DNA from: Daphnia carinata
Taxonomy: Eukaryota
Reading direction: 5' to 3'
DNA: 64,000 bases
NCBI RefSeq assembly: GCF_022539665.2
Contig: NC_081332.1
Span: 5,580,001 to 5,644,000 of the forward strand
A program made the translations under genes and the position numbers. The notes under the pieces were generated by a model. That model did no database searches and had not been told where the DNA came from. It saw only the letters and a list, made by a program, of their open reading frames with translations. This document shows positions 1 through 13,874 of this stretch, piece after piece. How positions within the stretch are numbered: the first letter of the stretch is position 1; every line of letters starts with the position of its first letter.

Positions 1-486
1 CTGGAGAGTACGTAAGTTCGCATCACCGGTGATTGCTTCAGGCAAACGAAAAGAAAGGGGGAGGGAAGGGGGGGGGGGGAGAGTCGGATGTTGCACGATA
101 CCCGCTCGAATAGGCTCGACATCCGGCCGTCTGTAAAATTTTCTGTTTTAAAGCGGTTGGCCCATCTCGACGGATAGACGTTGAAAAATGTAATAGGAAA
201 CGCAATTACGAGACGCATCCGAAATAGCAGCAAACAACGACGAAGTCCTTGCATGCGTTTCTAAAGGCATATGCCTTTCGTTTATGATCATTATAGTTAA
301 TACTTTAGACGTGTATAGAACATCTGACGATGAGTTTGGGAACGGAAGTAGCGCTTTATACAGCCGGTCTAGCGTCGCAATTCAATAAAGGGAGTTTTGC
401 TTGTGAGCGCACGCGAAGGGCCTTGATCTTGTCCGAGTTTATGGAAAGAACATGACAACGTACGCTAGATTTTATTTTTCTATTAT

Positions 487-513
487 TGTGTGTGTGTGTG
501 TGTGTGTGTGTGT
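487..513. repeat. (TG)n microsatellite
   Basis: Read directly from the sequence. Confidence 0.95.
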
Positions 514-3500
514 TCCACCCGATGGCGAGTACTTCGTGACATGTACGTGGAACAGCCGCTGCAATGATTGGATGGATGGGCACCTTCAGGCTCGGACCCT
601 AAACTTTGCGGGATCGACGAGTCTCTGGAAAGCAAACGGGGTACAACACAGCCGCAATGTCTGACAATAGAAAAAAAAAACACAGCCAAAAAATTGGGGT
701 AGGAGTTTGGACGTAATCAGATTGCGGATGGCGACTAACGAATCGACAGTGACAAGAAACTAACATTTGTGCTTTCGGTTGTCGAATTGAGACGAGCTTT
801 CCACCCTATCGATCGCGCATCTATTCCCGTTGCGAAACGAACTTTTATTTTTTCACGATTTTTGTTCTTGTTCATCTCCACTTTGCCACTTGATCGATAC
901 AGGGACCGATGCTACCACCTGTACTCGTATTTTTTTTTTTTTTTTTCCTTTTGAAAAATGCTATTTTAATTTGACTTCAGCGCTGAGATTGTACACGATG
1001 GAAATCAAGCAGCTGAGTGCTATTAAAAAACATACTCTGCAAATAGAGAAACGAACGAGAATTTTGTCCTGGATTTTAGAAATTAAAAGACCTCTGGTGC
1101 CCAGTTTCACCATTCAAGAGTTTTAGTGAAGAACTATTCAACGTTTTTTTTTTTCTTTAGCTCTCTATTCGTCTGTAAAAACGTTGAGAGAAAGTCTCCT
1201 TTTTTTTTGGCAGAGTGTGTAAATAATAAGCGAAGCACGAAAGATTTCGCAGACAAGGAAGACTCTCCCTCATTAGAGAAACCTGCTGCAACTGCAATAG
1301 GATTCTTTGATTTTTCTCGTCTCTCTCTTGTTTTGCTTGTTGTATCAACGAACAAAGAAGATAAGAACGAAAAAAAACAAAACAAGCAAAACAATAGGCG
1401 AAATCACGTTGTGCAAACGGAAAATCAGCCAACGAGTCGATACAAACAGTGGCTGACGGTAAATAAAAACAAAACAAAAGCAAGTCGTCAAATAATCCGC
1501 AAAATTGGAAGGAAACACAAAAGTTTGAGCTGCAGAAGCCAAAACTACGAGAAACATATAAAAACGAAAAGGCATCAAATCAAATCTTTTTTGTTTTGTT
1601 TTGTTTTGTTTGGTTATCAAAGTGAAAGTTGAACAAGCAACGATTGAACATGAAATTTCAAAAATAAGGCAATAGCTTCCGGCCGCCCTTGATGTCGTTT
1701 TTCATCCAACAAAGTATACAATAAGAGTTGTCCCGATTTGATTTTGCTGCGTGTTTTTCAACATCAAACTCACGGCTGTATGAAACATTCGACACCATTT
1801 CTTTCGGATCTTTCTCATATTTACTGTAGGACCCCGTTTCATTTTCTTGCCACATTTTCTTCTCATAATTTTTGTGGGGGCGTCTTCCGAAAGACGAAAG
1901 AAATGGCGTTCCTGGTGGCGATTTCTCGAAAACGTTGTAGGCACAGCGCAAAGCCGATTCCATTCGTCCACGTGAAAAATAAAGCTTTTCTCTGTCGTCT
2001 CCTGCAGCTTTGATCGACCTTTTGAAAATAAAGACCATGACGTGCGTATGTATGTGCGTGTGTAGCAATGCTATACAGCCTTGGTACGTCAGCTTTAAGT
2101 ATAAAAAGCACTTCTCTCGGCCTTTATTGTTATCTAAACAATGTTTTAGAATTTTTCTTTTTCTTTTGTTTGTTTTCGTGTTTGAAACGTCGCCATTTTG
2201 CTTTCTTGCCAATATGAATACAAACTCAAAATCTATCGGAGCATATGGGGCGCTGAGAGGCGACGTCGTCTAGACGGATGATTCAATTTCAGCTCACGTC
2301 AAACGAAAATCCCCTAATAAAATAGACCTAGCGTATTACCTTCGGGACAGGGTAGGGGCAAAATAGAATAAAAGGGGAATGTGTATTAAGTATGTTTGTA
2401 CAGGAGGACTTAATGTACAGCATTCGTACATCGATAAGTGTAAACCCCCCCCCCCCCCCTTGGCCACTTATAGAGGTGGCCCTCACATGGATGGCATCGG
2501 CAAAAGGGACCTACTGCTTCGTTTCTTTGAAAAAATTATTTTTGTTTTGTTATTGACGATGAATGAGCTGCGTGGGAGAGAGGGAAAGAGAGCGGCTTTC
2601 AGAAAAAAAAAAAAAAAAAAAAAAAAGTCGTAATCATAGCGCCGGATATTGAAATGGTATTCAAAGTTCAAAGAGAACGGGGGATATAAAAATTTAAATA
2701 TGTAATGAACGTTTCTCATTTGCTAGTCGGTAAATACAATCACGTAACGTGATGGGTAGACAAGAAGGAAACAGAAAACTATTTCCTGTTCATCATTATT
2801 TCGGCATTGCGAAGAAAGAGTATCCGAAAAAAAAAAAATGATGGGGAAGAGAATATTTTATTGTGCAAAATAGAAAAAGAAAGTTTAGAACGGACCTTTT
2901 TTCCAATGCGCTTTACTAATAAAACATAGAGAAAAATAAAGTCTTCTTCCGTCCTGTGTATTTATATTTATATCTGTTGAAAACAAACAAAAAATATCGT
3001 TCAGTATGTAAGAAACTTCTTTGCTCCGTGCACACAGGTGTATGACGTTAGGAACTTATTTCGAGGCGATGTTTGAGGCGCACAAAGTCAGACTGTGCAA
3101 CGTGCGCCATCCGAATATAATCTCTTGTTGCCAATTGCAAACTTTTCAATCTTTTTTTTTTTTTTTTTTTTTTTTAACAAACGGAGGGGAAACGTAAGAA
3201 GTAGGCAGACATTCGAAAAGCTTTCCATTAAACATTTAGAATCTGACAAAAAGAAGATTTGCTTGTTGCGTGTGAGTCGTTTGAAGACGCCCCCCCCGCT
3301 AAATCACAGTGACATTTCTCTCGTGTTTTTGCGCGTACAAAGTTCGCGTGTGTCACTGCATTCTCTCGTCACTATTCCAACGTTGAATTCAGATGAGATG
3401 AGAAAAAGAATAATTCGCATTGCTATGGCCGCATTTCAAACACAAAGTATATACAGTAGGTGTAAACACATTTCTCTCTGTTTATAATCCTATTTTTATT

Positions 3501-5097
3501 TGAAAACGATTAAAACAAAGTACGCCAATGCCCGATCCTTTTAAACTCAAGATTATAGGTAAACGAAACTTTGTGGCTTCAAAACTTAGCAATGTCTATG
3601 AACAGAGTTCATTCATATACATACACCAACTCTTGCGTGCAAGCCACTCACTTTGAAAAAAAAAAAAAAAAAAAAGGGCAGGCCTAAATCATTCTCGTAT
3701 AACGTGAGCTGTCGGATCAGTTTGCCTTTTTCTATGTTGAAGAGGAATCGATTTAATATCGCCCACTCTTCTTTTCCTTAAGATATCACAATAAGAGGTC
3801 GCAAAAATCTCAGCGGCTCTCATCCGTCTCTTGGTGTGTCACTGCTTCCCAAACGAACTGCATAAAAGCTGTTGAATCACATCCGGAATGAGAGAGAGAG
3901 AGGCAAGCAACATCAACTCACTGAGAGTTGAAGCAAAACGGCAGCAAACTATAAGAAAAGAAAGCTTTTTACTGCCGGAAAGAGAAAAAAAAAAAAAATA
4001 AGTGGCACGTGATGTGTTGACTCTCAACGAAGCAACCGAAAGGGCTACAATTCCCTTTCGCTTCTTCATGTGTGTGTATATATATGTACCGTCCTTTTCA
4101 TCGTTTTTCTCTCCTCCGTCCGGAACGCCGGAAGGAAGGCAAGCTCCCTGTGTGTCTGACGTGGCGCATGTATTTTCGTACAGACATATAGAATCACAGG
4201 GCAGGTCCATCGCTGGACTACTGGCAATCGACTTGCCCACAGTTTCTTTTTTTTTTTTTTTTTTTTTGGAAAGGTCTACACATATCGTTCGATATGTCGT
4301 CAACCGATATATACATATATACGCTAGCGTGTGCAACGTGTATAAGAAAAGTACGTATGTCAACAACAGCTGTCAAAACCGGTGCAGTATAGAGGATCGA
4401 TTACATAACACAACCTCATCCATATATTTTATTTCGCCCATCGCACCACTCGATGTTTACCGATTTGTTTTTACGTTAAAGTACATCGGCTGTAAAAATT
4501 TTAAAACAGTCCGGGCTTAGAAAAGAAGAGAGAAAATGAAATTCAAGTTAAGTTCGTTTTCCCAAATGAGCTTATATAAAATCGCCCATTTTTTTTTTTT
4601 TTTTTTTTTTTTACATTCTTTTCCTAGACATCGATCCTGGTTTTGTTTATACGCTTTTCAAAGTCTGAGTAGGCAAAAAAGAAAAAAAAAAAAAAACACG
4701 TGATTGAATGTCTAGACATTATTCAAAGTCTGTAATATGTGTTTGGGGAGTGTCATAAGCCGTCTCGTTGGCAGGGGGCTTGAACTGCCCGTGTGACTGT
4801 ACAAAAGAGCCCGTTGGGGTTTTCTTTTTTTTTGTGGGTAGGAACGAAGTCAGAGTACATATAACGAGCTCTTTTAAATCAATTATCGAACATTGGTATT
4901 GATGAGCTGTTAGCAGAGCGGTTCGCCTTACTACACTGAGCCACTTGGGGTGGAACGTAACGAATAACGCCTTTTCCCCTACTTCCTCTCCTTTTTTTTT
5001 TTTTTTTTTAAAATCTGTTTAAGGGGCCTAGTCGGTGTCAATCTGCATATATACATCCTGCCGTATGGCGGCTTCAATTTAATGAAGGGAGAAAATG

Positions 5098-5130
<33 letters not shown>

Positions 5131-7029
5131 GGAGGCAAAGACGATGGAGATCCCAATAGAATTTAATTGGGGGCTCTACATCAGTCACGCTACCGGAAGC
5201 ATTATATAGGTTCCGGTTTAACCTGTCGGGTTCTCTTCTTTTTCAGTTGTTTCCATACTGCAGACTCGACTGGTTTGTTTTTTTTCTACGAAATTTTTTC
5301 TTTTCATTTTTACAGAGAGGGAGGGCGGCTCTAATTATGAAAAGTCCTAGAACTTTAACAAGATTAGATTCGTCATTTTTTTTTTTTGTTAAATCTATAC
5401 CTACACCCTTCGAAAAAAAAAAAGAGCTCCCCCTTACTTTAGAATTTTAAAATAAAGGGGAAATTATGTAATAATAGAAAAGCAAGTGGCGATATTGTAG
5501 CGTATGGCAACCGTCGCTTTGACGTAGACCGGGGCAGATGTCACGCATCTCAAATTGGGACGATTTGAATAATCGTCCAGTCGTGAAATCAGCCATCCCT
5601 TCTTTTTTCTTTTTTTTTTTTTTTTTGTTCCTTTCTTCTTCCCCCCATTATTCTTACTTTTTTCTTTTCGCTCTCTAAAAATCAATACTTTCGCATAAAT
5701 GAAACATCAACAATGGGTATAAACTTAATCCCACTATATCCAGGCAGAAGGGAAAGAGAAAAACAATAAAATTGTACACCCATTCATAGAATCAATAATA
5801 AGAAGGGAAAAAAAAAACTGATTTGCATAATCTAAACAATATTTCAAAAAATAAGAAAATAATAAAAATAAAAACAAAAAAGCGCAATCTCGGAGAAATT
5901 GCTGCCCGCGTTGGCAAAACGAAATGAGACGTCCAAAACGCCAATGAAAGACGAACAAAAAAAATAAAAACGGAAATTGAAGCTGGAGTCAAATAGGGAA
6001 AACGAGTTGAGGGAATATATTTAGATATACATGTAGAAGAACGAATGAGAAAGAACAACAATGTAACTGCGATGTTTCCATGGGGAGGAATGTAGATACG
6101 TATGTGTATAAACAGTTGCGGAGAGACGCAGAGGGCCGCAAAATGAAGCGCACACACGGGCAGCCAGAGAGAGGTTGTTATGTTGTCCGTTTGGCTTGTG
6201 ATTGAAACAAAATTGGACCCTGCGCACACATCAACAGTCCAGGCAAACCCCCCCCCCCCCCCCCCCCACAAAAAAAAAAAAAAAAAAAAAAAGAAAGAGA
6301 TTTCTTTCTTTTTTCTTTACAAAATTTTGAAAACAATCCACGCGCCGAAATCAGTTACAAACTGCAGGGTAACTAACCGACGTCATCGTTAAGGAATAAT
6401 CGATCATCCGCTAATTTTATCGTTGAAGTTTTAGAATGCACAAAGGACGGCTGTTCGAGAGGGGCTTCTTAAAAATAAAATAAAATAAAATAAAAAATTG
6501 GGTTTGACATCAGACATTGTGCTCGTATGCCACCGCAATATTCATTATTTGAGGGGACCCTATATGAGTTGATGGCCGCAGTTCTTTATAGGCCAGCCGG
6601 GCTGCTTCATCCGGCGTGTCGCAAATATTGACTCGCTCAACTTCCCACATATATATATATTTTTAATACTTTATTGATGCGTGTGTTGGCTGAAATGCCA
6701 GGGCTGGCCGTTGTCGCATTCAGGCACGCACCAACATTGACTCGAGAAAAAAAAAAAACGTACAGCACAAGTGAACGGCGTGGGAGGGTAGGTAAAAGAG
6801 AATAAAAAGTTTCTCTTCATTTTCATCGTTTCCGCTTGGCAAAGTTCTCCAAGGTAACGTTCATATCAACACACAACGACGCTATTCGACGGCTGTACTC
6901 ATTCTGAATGGGCGGCCTAAACCAAAACGGTAATCTAACAAATATAGCAATCGGTCTTCTTTTTAAAAACAATGACATGATTTGCCAAACTGGATTCGCA
7001 CCGATTGATTTGCATACGCGCAGTTTTTT

Positions 7030-7170
7030 AACGCAAAACTTTGTTTTGAAAAATAAGCCCGACTTTTTTCTTATTTTATTTTTTATTTCAAACATCACTA
7101 TTAAAAAATATGTCATTAAATTCCAAATTAAACGAGGATCACGAATGTTGATTTTATTTTCGCGTCACAC
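7030..7170. repeat. Degenerate fragment of the GGGCTTATT-type interspersed repeat found in the 37-41 kb island
   Basis: Contains AAAAATAAGCCCGACT (reverse complement AGTCGGGCTTATTTT, as near 40929) and ACGAGGATCACGAA (as at 37841). Confidence 0.5.
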
Positions 7171-10100
7171 CCATCGTTTCAGTACTAAAACGCGATAAAT
7201 CTACACCCCTACAGTTATAGCCGACAGTGTCCTGACTCCAACCTCCACAAGGCAAATATGACGTACAAAAAACACGCGAATATGAACAAGAAAGAGTATT
7301 AATAAAAATAAAAAAAAAGAAGAAGGCGGGCCGCTAAAAGTCGACTGTTGCTCGCCAACGAAAACGGGGAAGAAAGCAAAAAGCTGTTACGCATGTGATA
7401 AGCATTGCCATAAACAGGGGGGCGAACGTGGCACTTTAAGAGAGCCCTACACACAACCAACGCCACACATAAGGGCAATGGCGTTGATTTTCTCCTTTAT
7501 GCAGACTTATATTTTTTTTTTTCCTTTTGTGGGTGTGTGTGTTGCCCTTTGAAAAAAAAAAGAAAAAGAAAAAATTATGTATAAAGGAAAAGGGAGAGCG
7601 AGAGAGAAGTCGTGTGTGGCGTGGCAATATACAGCAAAGCAGTGGAGCTCGGGGAATGACTGTCCTAAAAACGAAGGGAGGAAGGCGACAATAACAACGA
7701 CCTGGGCGTCAAAGTACCAGTCGTATAGATGTGTGTAACGGAATGAATATATCGTGTCTACTACGTTGGCTCTAATCATATAAATATATATTTTTTTTAT
7801 AGGCGTCGCAAAATGTTTTTTTTTTTTTTTTGGTCTATGAATAATATAAGAAATAGGTGGCCAAATCGGATTATGTGCGACACGGCAATCGATGCCCAGT
7901 AAAAAAATACAAATAGAAAATCGGATTTTGGAATGTGCAAATTGATTGTGATGGAACGAAATGTGCGACTTTACCTGGACAAAAGGTGAACAAGAGTAGC
8001 ACCCAGAAAAGCCAATTGACGTTCCAGTTGATGACATACAAGGGAGTCGTCATTGCGAACGAAGTGGCAGCAAATCACAAATGTCACAGTTTCGAATATC
8101 CACGATCAAAATGAACGAAGTTCGTCACGGAACGTCCACTCCCACTTTTCTATTCAATCAGAACAAACATCCAGTAGCAAGTTGCGATTTCAATCCATGG
8201 TCTCGATATCGTTTCACCGTGTTTCTTTTTAAACGACACACTCTGCTTTCATTGCCACACACACACACACACACACACACAAGCTCACATTCACAGTGTA
8301 CAAACGCAATTATTGTTTCATTCGGCTCGATGTACAAAAAAAAATTGTCCGTTTACGTGCGAAAAAACCTTATCTAAGTGATAAGGGATGTAGAGACAAG
8401 TTGGATTGCGTGCGTACGGCAAGGAGCGCGGAGGGCGAGTGATGGGGCGACTCTGTCGAGACGCCGGCGTCGACGGGCTTGTTTTTTTTTTTTTACCTCC
8501 CGCCGCCCACCGTTCACCCCCCGCTCCCTCTTGTTTTGTCAGACTCTCTGCTTTTCTGCTTCGGACTGGTCACGTTTGCATAACCCTCCGCCTACGGCCA
8601 CTAGATCGACATATAAGCGCTAAACGATCCTTTGTAAAAACAATAGAAAAGTGCATATTTTGAAAACAATCGCCTTTTTTTTAAATCAATCAAAAATAAA
8701 TAGGAGGATGAATCTTGAGACGTGGTCATTGGAACATTATGATCACAAAGAAAAAGTATTAATTAAACAGGTGGAAACATTGCGCGTTTTCTTGTTTGAA
8801 CAAGTTCCTCGAAAAAATGAAGCAGTGGGCTCTCAAATCATCGTTCGGTTCGGTGACCGTTCGTTGGCGACGCCAAAATCGGATTCTCTTTCTTCCTAAT
8901 GATGTTATTAGATTTTTCCGTGTACAGTTTACTAAACACACTCGAGCTAATATTACATCGACGTTCGTATATCCCATATAAGGCAAGTCCATTTCTTTTA
9001 TTTCATTTTCAATTCTGTACATACTCACTCAACTGGCGGTATACGTATACACGCTGCGCATATAATGTGATTCGATTTTTTCTTTTATCTCGCTTCTCCC
9101 CATGATTTCATAGTCCTACCCCATGTCTTTTAGCCAATGGCCATCGCTTTTCTATTTGAACTAATGGCCAACAGAGATTCTGATTGTCCAAATCGAACAG
9201 AAAACTCTTCTTCTCTCTCCCCTTTTTTTTATTGATGTAAATAAATATATATATATAATTTTTCTTTTTCACTTGGACTCAGTCCACATTTTCTGTCTTT
9301 ATGTATATATATATATATATACGTATCCATTGACCGAATGCCTCCCTTCCGATATTGGGGCGGATGGAAGGAGGGGGGAGGTTGACGATTCTATTCTAAC
9401 CGATTTTCTATAGCGCACACTTCTCTGTTGGCGGTCTAATGACATACTCATCGAACACTGGCATCATTTTTATTTTATCTTTCTTTTTGTGCGAATAGGA
9501 TGTGAAAAAAAAAAAAAAAATCAAACATCTATTGACGCCGGCGCACATCAAAACCATTTTCCAATCGATTTCAAATCTAAAATTTTCCCTCCAGCACTTT
9601 TCGCAATCACCTAAAACTACAACAAGGGCGACTGAAGTCGGTCTACTATGATAATATAATATTAGCTGCTTCTTATAGAGTCTATCCTGTACGGCGGTAG
9701 CTTAACTCTTCTCTCTCCGTATAGCCCGTCGTGTTTTATATGCAAAATTTGCTAATCTGGTTTCATCGAGAATGTGCCGCTCAGCTGCTTCCCAATTGGC
9801 CCATCATCAGCATATATCATGTCCCTCTCAAAAATAAAAAGTACTGTGAGACGGCTACAGTACGCACAATGGCGTTGGCATTTGCTAAACTAAAGAAATG
9901 AATAAAAAAAAAAAAAGGACGCGTCATCAGCAAACCATTACAGTCACATCCGCCCTCGACCGGAACCGGAACACAAATTTTTTTTTTTGTCGTTGTTTCG
10001 TCCGTTTGCTTATTTCTATCGTTTAGCCTGTTTACCGTGAAAAACTCAGCAATGAAAAATTAACATACCATTTGTAATTAATTCTTAAAACAAAAACAAC

Positions 10101-13100
10101 GTCCGCCAATTGAATCGAGAACATCCTTTGTTAGCGACACATATATATTTTTTTTAATTTCTTTACAACAGCAAAAGGTTGCTGGTGTATATACATATAT
10201 GTATAAATATTGCTGGGCTGGCTGAACAATGTGCCGTGCCCGGGCCAATTATAAAATCAAAGGGAAAAAGAAACATCAGAAAGGGCGTTGCCGGGCGTCG
10301 CTGTAGCGAAGAGGATATACACATCTATGAAACGCGGACAAGTATTTACTCTGCCCGCCTACGAAAGAACACAAACACCATAAGAGAGAGAGAGAGAAAG
10401 AAATTGAAGGCAAACATCCACCCCATCCATTGTACTATATAACACTCTACAATAATATTTGATTAATACAACAATCGTCCTACAAAAAAAAAGAAATAAT
10501 AAATTGATTCTACGTAACTAGACAAAAAAAAAGAGGGGCATCCTCCCCATCATTCTTTAGTCTGCCCCCCTTTGCCTAGTGCTGCGTTCTCTTTTATTGT
10601 CATAAAATCAATCTCTGTGTGTATGTCATTTTAGCTGTGAGGGCAAGGGGCCGTCGGTTTGACGTCACCAAGAAGATGAGACAGGCAAAGTCACCCTCAG
10701 TGGGGATTTTTTTTTCTCTTTCTCTTTAGATCGGTGCAAACCTTACGTGTATGTATATATATACAAGGCAGTCCTTGCCTACATCCCTCCTCGCCACGAA
10801 AAAGTCATTACGGATGAATATAGCAACAGCACGGTAGATCAAAAGGGCACGCTCCTACGAGCGAGAAAAGAAAGAAATTTCTATTTTGTTTTTGTTTGTT
10901 TTTTATTTTTTATTTTTCTCTCTCTCTCATCCGCCCTATTTAGATGCAATAGATTCGACGTACGCTACATCAACTCTGCTTGACTTTTATTCCGCGCACA
11001 TTTTTTTTGTTCCTCCTTTTTTGTTTGCCTTTCGCTGCGCGTTGTGTGTGCCATTATAGTAATAATAATAACTAGATGATTCTTTCAACAACTATATATG
11101 ATAATATCTTTTTTTTTTTTTTGTTGTTGTTCTAATAGTGGTGGGTTGCTAGCGGTTTTTTTTTATAGAAGTAGCTGGGCAAAATAGACGAAGAGCGGGG
11201 GGTTCTTTATAAGCCATAAGCGCATGTGGAGGTGAAAGTTCTTTTGTTCCCACGGGCCTTTTGGCGTTGGGTGCGAGCGTGTCGGCCCCCCCCCCCCCCC
11301 CAACTGCGGATGAGCATCCGCTTTTTATATATATATACGTATATATATATATTTTTATTTCCTCTACCTCGACGTGAAGCCGTTGCCTCTTTTTCTATCT
11401 GCGATTTAGCGACGTCTGTATGTTCGGTTAGTGAGTAAAGAAGGGGGGCAGGCTGTTATCGTTGGCAGACCGACGCCTGCAACTCGACTTGCTCGTCTGT
11501 TGATTCAGCCGCGGATTTGTTTCTTTCCGCACCATTTTTTTTCTCTCTGTATGTGTGTTCCTGCCTCCTTCCCTTTTTGTTTTCTTTTTTTTTTTTACTC
11601 CATCACATTTTCGGTTAAAAAAGAAATCAAACATCTTCGCTCTCTAGATGGATGATGAGCAAAAGCTTCATAGTCCTGGGCGAAAAAAAGAGTCCCAATA
11701 GACGGTGGGCGATAGAGAGAGAGAGAGAGAGAGAGAAGCACAACGAACAACAAAACGCGTAGATGCCCTTCCTATGTCTTCGACAAATCCGCTTGGCGAA
11801 TATGAAGTCCTTTTTTTCTTTCGTGTTTGTGTGTGTATGTGGAATAAGGACAAACTGCAGTGAACTCCTCTCTCTAAACGGCCGAAACACACACACACAC
11901 ACAAAAAAGAAGAGGTTTAGATGTAACTATTTGCGCTGTAAGACGTCTGGCAAAAGTTGGTGTTTCTAATACTTTTTTGGTTGGCTTCTCAAGAATTATA
12001 AAGAGCTCCTCGCGGTTTGCGTCCAATTCGCCATAAGCTCTGCTCGCGTGCGTCCCTCATTGTGACTATTATAGTTTCCCTGTCTGTGCCATTATCTCGC
12101 CAACGGACAGCCAGACCGTACGGTGGTTCGTAATAGCCCACTATCCTATCCAGACATACACAAAAAAAAAAAAAAAGGGCAGAACAGCGCAACGGGCCAA
12201 CTTGGATTGCGTTTTTATTTAAGGAGGGGAGAGAACGGGAGGAGGTACTTGGCAGATCGTTACAAAACTGGATGATGATGATGATGACGACAATGATTCA
12301 ACCGGCGGGAGAAAAAAAAAAAAAAAGAAAACGAGGAATTCTGGTGTTTGTATTTTTTTTTAATCGTGTCTTGAGGGCAATCTTGCAATAGGCACGGATT
12401 TATCTTTTTTTTTTGTAACAACTATTTCCCTTTGTCTTCTACACTAGCGCCGTCGTCATCAGAGGACAATGAAAAATGGAGCAAAAAAAAAAAGATCAAA
12501 GTTAGAAGAGCAGGAAAGAAAAAAAAAAAAAGGAAAACATGAAAGCAAATGACAACCATCTTTGTATTAGACGTGAGCCGAAAGTCCTTATATGTTTCAC
12601 CGTGAAAACGAACAAAACGAGGATATAGCAAACCAAATTTGCTGTTTGTTTTGTTTTTAGAATAACAATCGATCCCCTAAGAAACGTGGATTCCTCTTTG
12701 TACGGAGTCGGGTTTCAGCTCACCCCCCCCCCCCCCCCCTCAAAAGAAAATATATTCAATGCGTGAGACATCATCTGTCGCGTCATCCTGTTATATTCAA
12801 AACTCGTTTTCGTGTCCTCTCTGACCATTCCACTTAACCCTTTCTTTTGGGCGTCGCACGAAGGAGACTGTGACTTTGTTCTCAGCAACATCACAAACAT
12901 ATACAAAAAAACACATCGTCAATTCCTATTTTCTCATCCAATCGGATTGGCCGTCAGACTTTCCCCTTTCTCTTTAAAAAAATAAAATAAAATAAAAGGT
13001 ACAGGCAAAGAGCCTACACCGACTTATGGCGTACACAATGACTAATACTCCACGTAGAGGTCGCTACTTTGATTCGATTTGAAAGAGGGGGGAGGGGATT

Positions 13101-13841
13101 TCCATACGAGATAGGCGCACACACTAGCGCCACAACACGTGACTGATTTCACACCGACATTAGTTATGCATCGACTTTCCCTCCTCTTTCTATTCTCCCT
13201 GGAAAGAACACATAAGAACCCAGAGGGTTGTTAGAAGTAAAAGGTCGTCTGCTCAGAACAACGAGGCCAGAACTCAACGGCGTACGAAAATGGAGCTGTG
13301 ATGTAGTGACACGTAACGATTCCCAATGTTTCTTGTACTTGAAAAAAAAAACGTAGTGCGAAAGAGTTGTCGTTTGTAACTGAAAACAGCGTCGAGAATC
13401 TCATCGATTTGAAGGTACGATCTTTTTTCTGTCGAATACAAGAAAAGGTTGGGGTGGAGCGGCGTAACGAGAAAACTTTGAGAAACAAAAGTTTTCGAGA
13501 TTCAATTAAAGATGCGATAGCACCCAATGCAAAAAAAAAAAAAAAAATAAGAAGGGTTTGTTTATTTCAGACCGTTACCACTTTTTACTTTGATTTGTTC
13601 TCTATAGTACAGCATTATAGGCTCGTGAATCTTCATTCAAAACTTTTATTTCACATAAGACTTTTGGTTGTGTCAGCCATTTTTTTTTCCTGGCTGTGTG
13701 TACATCTAGAAAAAAAGGAAAACACCCAAAAGTCAACAAATTGTGGGGTAGGGCCATGGTAGAATAAAAGCCAAGGAGGTTATAAACCTGCCTCGTTGCA
13801 TCAAGCCAGGCACGACCTCCTCGGCACTCCATTTCTTTTAA

Positions 13842-13842
<1 letters not shown>

Positions 13843-13872
<30 letters not shown>
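13843..13872. repeat. (CA)n microsatellite
   Basis: Read directly from the sequence. Confidence 0.95.

Positions 13873-13874
<2 letters not shown>

Noticed and set aside
9181..9192. TGATTGTCCAAA, matching the 5' end of miR-219
   Set aside because: The match stops after 12 nt and there is no pre-miRNA-sized hairpin.
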